Positions 39,401-51,700 are shown, counted from the first letter of the whole stretch. The stretch: DNA of 63,855 nucleotides, filler included, from Guillardia theta CCMP2712 (GCF_000315625.1; 3 parts of 3 records of this genome joined end to end with filler, not necessarily neighbours in it), one strand, 5' to 3'. The notes: generated by a model from the letters alone, not told the origin. Numbers and translations: made by a program.

Positions 39401-40094
39401 CTGCGCCCTCTCCCTCTTCAGCCGCCACCCTGTCTGCTGGGGAAGCAACTCTTTCCAGCGCGCCTCTCCCCCTCCCTCCCTCGTCGCCCTCCAGATCAGC
39501 GCCGGGGCAGCGCACGTCTGCTTGCTGCTCAGCAACAGGAGCATTGCATGCTTCGGAGACAACCGCGAGGGACAGCTCCGCAACCCTCCCTCCTCCAACT
39601 TCGTCATGATCAGCTCCGGCTCCATGCACTCCTGCGCGCTTGAGGCTGTGGACGCGGAGGACGTGACGCGGCGACGAGGAGCGGTGCGGTGCTGGGGGAA
39701 GAACACGGACGGGCAAGCGAGAGCGCCAGCTGGGAAGTTCACGTGGGTCTCAGCTGGATGGAAGCACTCGTGCGCCATAGACGAGAAGAAGCAGATGGTG
39801 TGCTGGGGGAGCAACGAGTTCGGGCAGGCGAGCAACGTCTCAGGCTACTTCACCTCCGTCAGTGCGGGGGGGAGGCACTCATGTGCTGTAAAGGCCAACG
39901 GAGGAGGGCTCTGCTGGGGAAGGAACCTGGAGGGTCAGGCTGCAGCCCCCAACCGAAGGTTCGAGGCCATGGCAGCGGGTCAAGACTTCTCGTGCGGCAT
40001 CGACGCCAACAAGCGGCAGGTGATCTGCTGGGGGGCGAGGAGCACAACGACTCCCTTCGTCCCCTCCTGCACGAGGGTTTGGATCCGCCGTTGA
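36436..40094 (+). CDS. Secreted Kelch-repeat / coiled-coil / RCC1-like repeat protein
   Basis: Signal peptide MHRTTLLLAVVLLMLSGSL; Kelch motifs (PPARWGHS, ARSHH, lFGG); ~200-aa helical/coiled-coil stretch; about 7 repeats of SAGxxHxCA...CWGxN. Introns ~36557-36665 and 36882-36966. Confidence 0.8.
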
Positions 40095-40158
40095 GGGTGG
40101 GGGACATGTTGGACTGAGCTGGGATCTATTGGGAGAGATAATGGTACACAAGCAAGCG

Positions 40159-42000
40159 TCAGGGCCGCGCGAGCTTGGCGAGGACCTTGACGACGCTCTG
40201 GAGAGAATTGATGAACTCCTCTGTGGCCGTCTGACCTTTGTCCGCCTCCTGATGGCATACGATGAAGTAGTCAAGCACCTGAATCAGAGACAGCAGCGTC
40301 CACTCCCCCAGCCCCTCCTTCACCACCTCCAGTCCTGCTGGGCTCTCTTGGATACTGCAGCCTATGAGGACAGAGGTGTAGGCCGCCAGGACGAGATCCT
40401 CGATCTTCATCTTGTCGAACTTGATCCCTCCATTCACTAGGATCACTTTGGAGCGAAACATCTCCGTCAGCAGCTCCAGCGACTTCTTTCCGCCTCTGGC
40501 CTCGACCACAAGCAGCTGCTCTCTGTTCTCAGCACTCAACTCAACGCAGTTGATGATCAGCCCCAGGCTCAGGGTCAGCGCATCGTAGCTGTCAGCAGAG
40601 CTCGTCGAGCTACAGGCCTCGAGCACATGGAAGATCTTCTCTACGCCCCCCGAAGCGCCGAACTGCCGCCAGCCGGTCTCGTTGTGGTTCGTCAAGTTGA
40701 CGAGGATCTTGAGGGCTGAGAGCCGACACTTCTCGACCTTGGAGCTCATCTCGTCTCGCTCAGCCCTCGCCCTGATCTCCTCAGTGATTGTCGACACCAA
40801 CCCGATCAGCCCGGCAACGACGCTCGAACTTTGTTCCAGCACACCTCGTTGGTTCGCCTCGCTCATGAACGTCATCGCCTCCACCAGCGACAGGTCTCTT
40901 CCGATACGATAGAGCTGGAGGGAGTCAGCCCACCACGACTGTCTCTTCATGGCAGTATGCTTGAGTGATCCCTGTAGCAGCTCGCAGCCTTTCTCAAGCC
41001 CGCCGATGGCCCGGAAAGACTCACGGAAAGAAGAGTCCCTGGAGAGCAGCAGCGAGCAGGCCAACACCATGAGGTGCTCAGCTGTCACGAAACTTTCCTT
41101 CCCCTCGGCATGCGGCGGGATTTCAAGCACATCGCAATCTTGGATGCAGACCTCTATCACTTTACCAGCAAGGTCATGGAACTTGTTTGCTGTTGGCTCG
41201 TCAGATTTTCGCTTTTGGAATCTCCTCATCGGTTTTGCTTCTTGCACCTGATGCGTTATTTGCACCTTGGTGGACGCGGGAGACGTCATAACCTGAAACA
41301 GCAGGCGGCAGCTCTCGCTAGTCAGCATCTGAGTGTTGGCCGAGTCGAGGCTCAAGTAGAAGAGCGAAGCCGCAACAGGCAGCATGAGAGAATCGTCTGT
41401 GTCTGCGATGCTCTGCAAGCACTCGAGCACCTTGTCGACTAGCGAGTGAGCTCGCAAGAGCGCGCGCATCTCACCATCCCTGCACAGCTTGACAAGAGAG
41501 ACTGTTGAAGCCATGCGCACGTCGGTTGACTGCGAGGACTGCAAGCCGTCGATAACGAACTCGATGTCATCCAGCTTCGCTCGTGCTTGTCCGAATTCAC
41601 CAATAAAGCTCGTTGAAACCTGCTGTATTGCTATCGGCTCTTTGCTGCTTCTCGCTTGTTTTGTTTTCCTGTCCGACTCGCCTGATTGGTTCGACCTCTT
41701 GGAGTGTGCGAGGTCTGAGAGCAAGGGTTCGCTCGAGTCCTTGCCTGGCCCCTTGGAACTCTTGAGCTTGTTCTCACCCTGCACCTTCCAAGCAGAAACG
41801 TTGTCAGAGAAGTCGAAGTCATCCAACGAGTTGCATGCTGAGTCTGGCTCCAGCAGCTCTCCAAAGACTGTCGTTGAAGCACCAGCCTCCAAGAGAGTCT
41901 CAACGTCATGCCCATCTTGGCTCTTCTCCGAGACTAGAGGGACAGGAGCGGTAGAGATCAACACTGGTTTCAAAGACTTTCCATATCTACGAGGAGGCAT
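40159..42000 (-). CDS. WAPL: Wings apart-like cohesin release factor
   Basis: LDDIEFVIDGL...RMASTVSL...RALLRAHSLV, LKILVNLTNHN, LSLGLIINCVELSAENR and AAYTSVLIGC match the WAPL domain. Confidence 0.8.
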   Translation of the reverse strand: MPPRRYGKSLKPVLISTAPVPLVSEKSQDGHDVETLLEAGASTTVFGELLEPDSACNSLDDFDFSDNVSAWKVQGENKLKSSKGPGKDSSEPLLSDLAHSKRSNQSGESDRKTKQARSSKEPIAIQQVSTSFIGEFGQARAKLDDIEFVIDGLQSSQSTDVRMASTVSLVKLCRDGEMRALLRAHSLVDKVLECLQSIADTDDSLMLPVAASLFYLSLDSANTQMLTSESCRLLFQVMTSPASTKVQITHQVQEAKPMRRFQKRKSDEPTANKFHDLAGKVIEVCIQDCDVLEIPPHAEGKESFVTAEHLMVLACSLLLSRDSSFRESFRAIGGLEKGCELLQGSLKHTAMKRQSWWADSLQLYRIGRDLSLVEAMTFMSEANQRGVLEQSSSVVAGLIGLVSTITEEIRARAERDEMSSKVEKCRLSALKILVNLTNHNETGWRQFGASGGVEKIFHVLEACSSTSSADSYDALTLSLGLIINCVELSAENREQLLVVEARGGKKSLELLTEMFRSKVILVNGGIKFDKMKIEDLVLAAYTSVLIGCSIQESPAGLEVVKEGLGEWTLLSLIQVLDYFIVCHQEADKGQTATEEFINSLQSVVKVLAKLARP

Positions 42001-43539
42001 GGCGGGCAGCTGAGAGTCACTGTCAAGCCGCGACGCGTCGTCTGACCTTCATGTACAGGTGACCTGAGACAGGGTCAGACAAACCAAGCATTCATTGAGC
42101 CATGTTCACGATGTGTTCACCCACTTCTTGCCTGATACGCCATTCTATCTGTGCCCACACTCTTCGATTCTTCCTCCCCCTCCCTGCTCCCCTCGTCCTG
42201 TGAACTGTGTCCTTACAAGTCTGCCCATCTTGCATCCCTTTGCTCCCTCGCTCCTCCCTCTGCCGTTCTTCATCTTCTCTCTCCCATCCTTCCGCCATCT
42301 TCACTCTTCTTCCTGCATCTTCATGCGCGCCCTGCTATCTATGACTGTGTTCATGGCGGCAGTCCTGAATCGCTATGTACCGGTGGGAGGAATTCAACAC
42401 CCCCTCTTTGGAAATGAAAATGAGGGAAAGTAGGGGGTACTTAGAGGTCCCTGTAGTCGATTGATGGGTGGGGGTAGAAGAGTGTGTCAAGGGTGGGGGT
42501 AGCGTGTTGTTGTAAGAAAGGGGTAGTACCTAAATTAGATAGGGTGATAGGACAAAACATGAAAACTAATGTAGTAAAGTACCGGGTACTTTATATAAAC
42601 TTTATGGGTACTTCAATTGATAATGCCGTTTCATAGGGGTACTGGTGGGTCAGGGGTGGGTGCATGGGTCGGGTCCACTATTCAAATGAATTCAAACTTG
42701 CACAACATCTTAAAATTTTTTAATATTATAAGTAGTTATAATATTAAGTTAACTTTAGTAAAGAGAAAACAGAAGTGGAGAGAGGAGAGCAGAGCGAGAG
42801 GAGAGGAGAGGAGAGGAGAGGAGGGGAGAGGAGGGGAGAGGAGGGGAGAGGAGAGGAGAGGAGAGGAGAGGAGAGGAGAGGAGAGGAGAGGAGAGGAGAG
42901 AACAGGATAGACGAGACGACGAGAGACGAGACAAGGAGAATAAGAGACGAGGAGACAAGNNNNNNNNNNNNNNNNNNNNNNNNNNNNNNNNNNNNNNNNN
43001 NNNNNNNNNNNNNNNNNNNNNNNNNNNNNNNNNNNNNNNNNNNNNNNNNNNNNNNNNNNNNNNNNNNNNNNNNNNNNNNNNNNNNNNNNNNNNNNNNNNN
43101 NNNNNNNNNNNNNNNNNNNNNNNNNNNNNNNNNNNNNNNNNNNNNNNNNNNNNNNNNNNNNNNNNNNNNNNNNNNNNNNNNNNNNNNNNNNNNNNNNNNN
43201 NNNNNNNNNNNNNNNNNNNNNNNNNNNNNNNNNNNNNNNNNNNNNNNNNNNNNNNNNNNNNNNNNNNNNNNNNNNNNNNNNNNNNNNNNNNNNNNNNNNN
43301 NNNNNNNNNNNNNNNNNNNNNNNNNNNNNNNNNNNNNNNNNNNNNNNNNNNNNNNNNNNNNNNNNNNNNNNNNNNNNNNNNNNNNNNNNNNNNNNNNNNN
43401 NNNNNNNNNNNNNNNNNNNNNNNNNNNNNNNNNNNNNNNNNNNNNNNNNNNNNNNNNNNNNNNNNNNNNNNNNNNNNNNNNNNNNNNNNNNNNNNNNNNN
43501 NNNNNNNNNNNCACTCAATCAGCCACTACCCGACCTCGA

Positions 43540-43680
43540 CCTCCCTCCCTCCCTTGACCCCTTCTACCTCCCCTCCCTCCCTTGACCCCTTCTACCTCCC
43601 CCTCCCTCCCTTGACCCCTTCTACCTCCCCCCTCCCTCCCTTGACCCCTTCTACCTCCCCCCTCCCTCCCTTGACCGCGT
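43540..43680. repeat. ~30-bp pyrimidine-rich minisatellite, about 4 copies
   Basis: CCCTCCCTCCCTTGACCCCTTCTACCTC repeated. Confidence 0.8.
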
Positions 43681-43712
43681 CTCCCGCCCTCTCGCTCATC
43701 CCGCTGCTTCAC

Positions 43713-44460
43713 CTTCATTTGCTGTCGCTGGTCGGCTGCGGCCGTGCTCTTCATGAAGTGAGATGAAGCGGAGGCCCTCGCGTTCGCTTGCCGAGCAGCC
43801 ACGTGAGATCTCGCCAAGAAGACAAGACTAGGTACCTGATCTCGCGATCCTGGGCTTGGGCCTCGAACTATCGGCTGCTTGAGAAGAGACATGAGGAGGA
43901 GGAGGAGGAGGAGGAGGAGGAGGAGGAGGAGGGCGACGACGAGGAGGAGGCGAGGGAGTCCTCTTCAGCTGCTGCTTTATCGCCTTGCTGATGGCACTAT
44001 TTGACATGGTATGCTTCCTTGACTTGCTCTCCAGCGAGACTCTCACGCGCATCGGATCCTTCACCGCCTCCTCCTTCTTCCTGCTTGCCCGGCAGAAAAT
44101 GTCACTCGCGGGGCTTCGAAACGCAACCCCAAGAGGAGGAGGAAAGACTTGAAGAGCTCTCGCCTCCTTGTCACTCGCTGCCTCCTCCTCGTCATCAGCC
44201 GCTAACCTCGTGTCAAACACATACTTCTCGTCTCGCACATCGCTCCTTCTCCCCGACCCAGACGAATCGCTTCCCTCCTCATCCTCCTCCTCCTCCTCCT
44301 CCTCTCTCTCGCCGAGTCGCGATGGAAGACTCCTGCTGCTGCCGAGCAGGAAGGAGCATTCCGGTACGCTGTCTGCAATGTGCTGTGCGGCTCTGCGCTT
44401 ACGAATTGCTTGCTTCAAGCGCTCGCGGAAATCTTCGGCAACCCTGTCAAGTTCATCCAT
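43713..44460 (-). CDS. Hypothetical low-complexity protein; 3' end runs into the gap
   Basis: ORF MDELDRVAEDFRERLKQ... with acidic and proline tracts, and a later segment SHFMKSTAAADQRQQMK followed by a GT donor. Confidence 0.45.
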
Positions 44461-44754
44461 GCTCTCCTGTTTCAACAGTAAGAAACGAGCCAGCTCCTCC
44501 TCCGCTCACTAGACGCCACGAGCCTCGCCATGCTTCATTGCCTCGCTCCTTGTCTTGCCTGTGCTTCATGATTCTCCCTCCCTCGCTCCCTCCCTCGCTC
44601 CATCTCTCCCTCCCTCGCTCCCTCGCTCCCTCGCTCCCTCTCTCGCTCCCTCGCTCCCTCGCTCCCTCGCTCCCTCCCTCGCTCCCTCCCTCCCTCCCTT
44701 CCCTTCTCTCACATTCACTTCCTCCTCTGTCTCGGTATGTGAAGACGTTGGCAG

Positions 44755-45129
44755 CAAACAGGAAACGGGGAGGTGATCTATCAGTTTGTGGTGCAGCATG
44801 AGGAAAAGGTGAGGAGACCGCTGGACTATTAGCTCTGACTGGACAACCTCAGGGAATCTACTACGTGCTGGGAACTGATGTAAGTCAGAAAGGAGAGAGG
44901 AAAGAGGAGGGAGAGAGAAGAGAGGAGGAGGGAGCAGGCGAATGATTCGTTATCTTTGATTCCTTCAGCACTTCCTCACCACTGTGAATGTTGTACCTCT
45001 CTAGCTCCTTCTTCGTGGATCACTCCTCCCTCTGCTCTCGCTTCCTCCTTCTGACATGTCGATCACTCGGGCAGACGGAGCATGAGAGAGATCGATGGAT
45101 GAGAAGCCTCAAGGACTGCAGGTCGTGTC

Positions 45130-45161
<32 letters not shown>

Positions 45162-47631
45162 CTCCTCCTCCTCCTCTCACGTCCCAGCAGCTTGCGGCTC
45201 AGGTTCCTAGCGCGTCAGCGTCTAGGTGGAGGAGGAGGCTCTCGTTCGCCCTCAGTAGAGCCCGTAGATCCCGACCAGTCCACTTCCTCCAGGAACTCTC
45301 GACGATTGCTCAAGGAGGAAACGGACAGTGTGGGTGAGGGAGAGGGAGAAGGAAGAAGTGGGGGCAGGAGGAGGGGGAGGGAGAGGAGTGATAGAGGACG
45401 AGAAGGGGTGCAGAGGTTCACTCTGGTTTTCAGCATCCTCCGATCACTTCAACTCAGAAGAGGATCTTCAAGACGTGATCAGCAATGCCAGCGCCTCTTC
45501 TCTCCTCGACCGCAAGTTTGCCGACAAGTGGAGGGTCGAGGAGAATGCCATGAACGAGGCTCTCACCCGCCTCTTCAAGCTCGCGCATGCGCATGAGCGG
45601 CGAGAAAGCGACGAGGGAGGAGAGACGGAGGAAGGCGAGGAGCGTGAGGTCATCTGCCGCGTGCCCGGGGCAGTAGCAGCTCGGAGTCAGCTGGTGGTGG
45701 AGGCGAAGGGCGAGCAGGCGCTCTCTCACTTGCTCTATCGCCTTCCCAGCGGCCAAGACTTCGACCCCTCGTTCCAGGTCCTCTTGCCCGCCTGCTGGGC
45801 TCGTCCTGGGCTCATGTTGGGATGGCAGGCAGCTCGGCTGCTCTACCACGACGGCCATCAGACGTCAGTCTGGCACCTTCGCTTCACCTCCCCCTGGCCC
45901 TTCGCCCCGGTGAGTCCCCCAGCTGGTGCCGGGCAGGAGGGCGAGCTGACGGCGAGCAGCGAGACTTCTGCTTGATGATGACGTGGCGCCACGTCCTCCG
46001 CGACTCCTCCCGCGCCCTCTGCGTCGCCGACGAGACCAGCGGCGAGGGCTACGCGCTGGCCATTACGTCAGTTATGCATCCACTCTGCCCGACAGTGAGG
46101 GACCGACCGCAGCTGGACGCTACTGACTGCCGGCAGGTCCCTGGGGTCGTTCGGGGGCATCTCCCAGCTGGAGGGTACACCTTCTTCCCGGTCGGCGACT
46201 CCTCCTGCCTCGTCACTGCTGCTGCTGCTGTCTGGGCCCCCGGCCTCGGCCACCTCATGGGCATAGGTGACCTGCTCGCACTTCCGCCCTCCTTCTCTCT
46301 TCCTTCCTTCCTCCCAGGGTTCCGTCCTCTTCTCCATCAACGTCTGCTGCTCTCTCCTCCTCCTCCTCCTCCTCCTCCTCCTCCTCCTCCTCCAGCTGAA
46401 CGCTTGTCGCAGCCCCTCCCTTCGCTCGCCCTGAAGCACTCGAGAGGCTGCGAGAGAGTTTGAGCCGCGCGAGCTCAAGGCTGGAGAACTTTCCCTCTCT
46501 GACCTCCCGCAGCCTCCGCAGCCTCGTCGACCTCCCCTTCGACGGCTCCGGTCGGCAACTGGTCGTACAAGCGGCAGGGGGGCGACAGGAGGAGCGACCG
46601 AAGATGTTCGGGTGGCTCTACAAGCGGCGGGACCATGTGAGGCGAGGGAGGGGGGAGTGGGGGGTTGTGGGGAGTAGAGGATAAGTTGTACTGTGATAAC
46701 GGGCAAGCAGATGAACGGGACGAGGAAGAGATGGTTCGAGCTCAAAGGCTCCATGCTCCGATACTACATCCATCCCCACGACAACAGCCCCAGTACGCCT
46801 GCACATGCTCCCGTTGCCCTTCTTTCCTCCTTCTCTCTCCTGAGCTCGTCTTCTCTCCTTATGATTCGTTCCTCATTCTCCCACAGGAGGCAGCTTGGAC
46901 CTTCACTCCTGCCTGGTCTCCGTCAAGAACATCTCAGAAGGCTCAGCAGCAGAGCAGTCTCTCGGCCTCTTCCTCATCGTCATCTACCTGTCTCTGACTC
47001 CCTCCACCTCCTCCTCCTTCTCCTCCACTTCTCCCTTCCCCTCTCCTGCTCCTTTCCTCCTCACCCACGCCAACTTCCTCCTGTGACTCCCGCCACAAGC
47101 TCCTTCTCCTCTCCATCTCCCTCCCGCTCTCAGTCGTGTCCTCTTTCCCTCCCTACATAGTGAATTACTACCTGCTTGCTCGTCCTTCTCTCCTTCCTTC
47201 TCTCGTCCTCTCATCTTCTCTCCAGGTCTTCTTGTTCTCGTCCCACCGTCCTCGGAGTTTCTTCTAGAAGGATCCGCGACAGGTTAGCTGACTGAACTGA
47301 CTAAACCCTATTGAACTAAGCTGACTAAACCCTAACTGAGCTGACTAAACCCTAACTGAGCTGACTAAACCCTAACTGAGCTGACTAAACCCTAACTGAG
47401 CTGACTAAACCCTAACTGAGCTGACTAAACCCTAACTGAGCTGACTAAACCCTAACTGAGCTGACTAAACCCTAACTGAGCTCACTAAACTCTAACTGAG
47501 CTGACTAAACTCTAACTAAACCCTAACTGAGCTCACTAAACTCTAACTGAGCTGACTAAACTCTAACTAAACCCTAACTGAGCTAATGCAGGTGGGCCCG
47601 CATGCTCATCCGAGCAGCTCAGGCGCGGTGA
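44755..47631 (+). CDS. PH-START-PH lipid-transfer-like protein, multi-exon, 5' exon(s) not found
   Basis: PH end (YQFVVQHEEK|GIYYVLGTD|TEHERDRWMRSL); START (PWPFAP|RDFCLMMTW...SVMHPLCP|VPGVVRG); second PH (MFGWLYKR..RKRWFELKGSMLRYY...RDR|WARMLIRA*). Confidence 0.7.
47283..47591 (+). repeat. Intron made of a 20-bp tandem repeat CTGACTAAACCCTAACTGAG
   Basis: 8 perfect copies at 47321-47480 plus degenerate copies, bounded by GT and CAG; removing it restores the PH C-terminal helix. Confidence 0.9.
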
Positions 47632-48254
47632 TCAGCAGAGACTCTTGCAACCACCCCCTCACCTCGCACTACCCCTCATCTACCCTACCACTACCCCTCC
47701 TCTCTCCTCTTGCTCTCCTCTCTACCTTTGTGATAAAGCAGCGACAAGAAGCTCTCAAACCTCCGAGATGGTGAAGAGGAGGAGAGAGAGAGAGAGCGAG
47801 GGGATGGGGGGTATGTTTGAGAGAAGGAGGAGAGAGAGAAAAGGAGCAAGGGGGAGAGAAGAGAAAGAGGATCAGGAAGCGAGCGAGGCAGAGGGAGAAA
47901 AAGAGACAAGGGAGGAGTTGCATCCCTTTGAACTGCCTGATCTCACATCATTGACCCCACCAGCATTCCCTCCTCCTCCCCAGACCCCCCTCCGCTCTCT
48001 TCCCCCCACCTCCTCTCTCCCTCTCCCTCTCTTCCTCTTCTTCTCCCTCTCCCGCTTCTTCATTTTCGTTTCTCTTGCGTTCTCCGACCAGACGTATCGG
48101 ATGAGATGTAGGTGCTAGACCACCCCACCCTTGATCGCGCCCCAAATGTACCATCATCACCCCCCACATCCCTTTTAAGTACCCCCTTTCTTTATATGCC
48201 TTCTTTGACTACCCCACCCCCACCCCCCTGAGAGCTGCTTCTATCTATTCCCCA

Positions 48255-48566
48255 ATGGCGATTACACGTTGGCGGCTGACAACGACGATGCTGCGGCCGG
48301 CGGGAGCGCGAGGCATGGGCCTCCTCCCGCCCTCCCTCACCGTCTTCGACCGCCATGGCACCGCTCTTGCTTCCAGGAGTGCGCGCGGATGGGACTCGAA
48401 GAGCAAGGAAGAGAGGAGGATGGATGCGGAGAAGGAGCGGAGGGCGGAGGACGCGCGGGTGGCAGCGGCAGCACGAGCAACCGTGAGCTCGTGGGGAGAT
48501 CTCTTCCGCAGGAGACCGCGAGTCCGAAAGGGAGAGGAAGACGTCAACGGAGCGCTGCAAGATTGA
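48255..48566 (+). CDS. Possible small hypothetical protein
   Basis: 103-aa ATG ORF just downstream of a TACCC-rich block; no motif recognised. Confidence 0.3.
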   Translation: MAITRWRLTTTMLRPAGARGMGLLPPSLTVFDRHGTALASRSARGWDSKSKEERRMDAEKERRAEDARVAAAARATVSSWGDLFRRRPRVRKGEEDVNGALQD

Positions 48567-48757
48567 AGGGAGGGGCGCAACCAAGCAGTAGCGATGAAAG
48601 GAGTGGAGGTCAGGAAATGGAGCTACGCAGCCGTCTGGTGTTGGCAGTGAAGAGATACAGGAGAGAAAGGTAGTTGTGCTGCACCTTTAATCTAGAGCAT
48701 AAGAATCAATAAACTCAAGTCAAGCAACTCGCTCCAAGAACTCTCTCAACATGTTCA

Positions 48758-51700
48758 TCATCCAAACATCTTCTTGGCGAGCTCCTGTAGTACACCACCG
48801 TCAAAATCTACTCGCCAGCAACACCAACAACAACAACAACAACAACTACACCGACAACAGCAGGAGCATGAGCATGAGCATGAGCATGAGCATGAGCATG
48901 AGCATGAGTAGGAGCATGAGCATGAGCATGAGTAGCAGCAGGAGTAGCAGCAGGAGTAGCAGCAGGAGTAGCAGCAGCACAAACAACATCTGCTCTTTAC
49001 CTTGTCCTTCTGTGCAAACTTTTTCTTCACCGCAACAAGCTTGGCCAGCTCCTGATGCGAAGGGTCAAGAGATCCCTTCCCCCTCGCCCCCCGCATCAAC
49101 AAGGACAACTAGAGTATGTGTTTATGATGATTTCATATACGACAATTGCGAAAAGGACTTGNNNNNNNNNNNNNNNNNNNNNNNNNNNNNNNNNNNNNNN
49201 NNNNNNNNNNNNNNNNNNNNNNNNNNNNNNNNNNNNNNNNNNNNNNNNNNNNNNNNNNNNNNNNNNNNNNNNNNNNNNNNNNNNNNNNNNNNNNNNNNNN
49301 NNNNNNNNNNNNNNNNNNNNNNNNNNNNNNNNNNNNNNNNNNNNNNNNNNNNNNNNNNNNNNNNNNNNNNNNNNNNNNNNNNNNNNNNNNNNNNNNNNNN
49401 NNNNNNNNNNNNNNNNNNNNNNNNNNNNNNNNNNNNNNNNNNNNNNNNNNNNNNNNNNNNNNNNNNNNNNNNNNNNNNNNNNNNNNNNNNNNNNNNNNNN
49501 NNNNNNNNNNNNNNNNNNNNNNNNNNNNNNNNNNNNNNNNNNNNNNNNNNNNNNNNNNNNNNNNNNNNNNNNNNNNNNNNNNNNNNNNNNNNNNNNNNNN
49601 NNNNNNNNNNNNNNNNNNNNNNNNNNNNNNNNNNNNNNNNNNNNNNNNNNNNNNNNNNNNNNNNNNNNNNNNNNNNNNNNNNNNNNNNNNNNNNNNNNNN
49701 NNNNNNNNNNNNNNNNNNNNNNNNNNNNNNNNNNNNNNNNNNNNNNNNNNNNNNNNNNNNNNNNNNNNNNNNNNNNNNNNNNNNNNNNNNNNNNNNNNNN
49801 NNNNNNNNNNNNNNNNNNNNNNNNNNNNNNNNNNNNNNNNNNNNNNNNNNNNNNNNNNNNNNNNNNNNNNNNNNNNNNNNNNNNNNNNNNNNNNNNNNNN
49901 NNNNNNNNNNNNNNNNNNNNNNNNNNNNNNNNNNNNNNNNNNNNNNNNNNNNNNNNNNNNNNNNNNNNNNNNNNNNNNNNNNNNNNNNNNNNNNNNNNNN
50001 NNNNNNNNNNNNNNNNNNNNNNNNNNNNNNNNNNNNNNNNNNNNNNNNNNNNNNNNNNNNNNNNNNNNNNNNNNNNNNNNNNNNNNNNNNNNNNNNATAG
50101 CTCGCCCGCCTGACAACAGCCGTTAGGAGACCCTCCCACAGCAGTAGAGTGAGACCCTCCCACAGCAGTAGAGTGAGCACAAACAATCAGGAGACCCTCC
50201 CACAGCAGTAGAGTGAGCACAAACAATCAGGAGACCCTCCCACAGCAGTAGAGTGAGCACAAACAATCAGGAGACCCTCCCACAGCAGTAGAGTGAGCAC
50301 AAACAATCAGGGGGGTTGCGAGGTAGGGGGGGCAAGGGGGGAGGGGAGGTGACCTTGAAGGCTTCATTGCCCAGCTCCTTGATGGTCTTGGCAGCCTCGT
50401 GGTAGTTGCAGTCTGCGAGGAATGAGAACCACCACCACCACCACCAGCAGCAGCAGCAGCAGCAAGAGAAGGAGCAGCAGCAGCAGCAGCAGCAAGAGAA
50501 GGAGCAGCAGCAGCAGCAGCAGCAAGAGAAGGAGCAGCGGGAGCTGTTCATCACCTGGTGGAGCATCGGCAGGGAAGTCGGGAAACCTAAGAGAAACTCA
50601 GCAGCTTGTTGGAGCGAGAGGAGGGAGGGGGGAGGAGAGAGCAGGGAGGAGAGAGCAGGGAGGAGAGAGGAGGGAGAGAGAAAGGAAACTTACGAGTCTT
50701 TGGGGTCGGCAAAGGGATCATAAAAACCATCGTCGGCATTCTCTGAGATTTCACCGCAGTCGCGAATCTAGGAAGAGAGGAGGAGAGCAGGTGTCAGGCA
50801 ACGAGCGCTGAACTTTCTCTTCTCACCTTCACTTCCTTGATAGGACGATCTCCCTCAGTCTGAGCTCGTCAGCTACTGCAGCAGCCCAGCACTCCCTCAC
50901 CTCCACTGCCTCCATTCTTCGCACGATATTCATCCCCTTCATCACTGACGCACCGAAAGCTCGTCAGCCCCAACCATCCCAGCAGGCACTCGCCTCCACT
51001 ACCACCTCTCCTCGTCCTCCTCCACCACCTGGCCCTGCCTCTTCCACTCCTCACCCTCTTACTCCCTCCCCTTCCTCCCTCCCTCCTCGGCTCATTTTGC
51101 TCCTTCACGTGCATCTCACCTTTACCAAAAACAACATGCTTGCCGTCGAGGTGAGGCGTCTCAACCTGTCGATCATCATCAGCTCCTCATCCAAACACTT
51201 CCCCACTCCTCCTCCCTCCCTCCCTCCCTCCCTCCCTCCCTCCCTCCCTCCCTCCCTCCCTTCTTCGTCCCCCGCCTCGCAGCAGCAGCTCACCGTGGTG
51301 ATGAAGAATTGACTGCCGTTGGTGCCTGGCCCAGCGTTGGCCATGGAGAGAAGACCTGGAAGTCCATCGGAGAGGAGGGAGGGAGAGAAGGAGGAGGGCG
51401 GCGAGGGGGAGACAGAGAGAGGCGTCAGCACAAATATGGAAAAACCATTTCCATCCCCCTCATCGCCCTGCCCCTCTCCCTGTCGCTCTTCAATCCCTTC
51501 TCTTGTCTCTACCTGGCATGTTATGCTTGTGCATGAAGTTCTCATCCTCGAACTTCTCGCCGTAGATCGATTCCCCTCCCGTCCCATCCCCCTTGGTGAA
51601 ATCTCCTCCCTGCCACCACATCACGAGCAGGAGGAGACGCTGCGGCTGCTCGCCTGGCACATGAAGTTTGGGATGATGCGGTGGAAGGTGCTGCCCTTGT

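Noticed and set aside
47283-47591. True chromosome end or CRISPR array
   Set aside because: It is flanked by in-frame exons on both sides, the unit is a 20-mer with only a telomere-like core, and there are no spacers.
50128-50310. CRISPR-like array
   Set aside because: The units are contiguous and identical with no unique spacers, there are no cas genes, and it lies in a eukaryotic intron.
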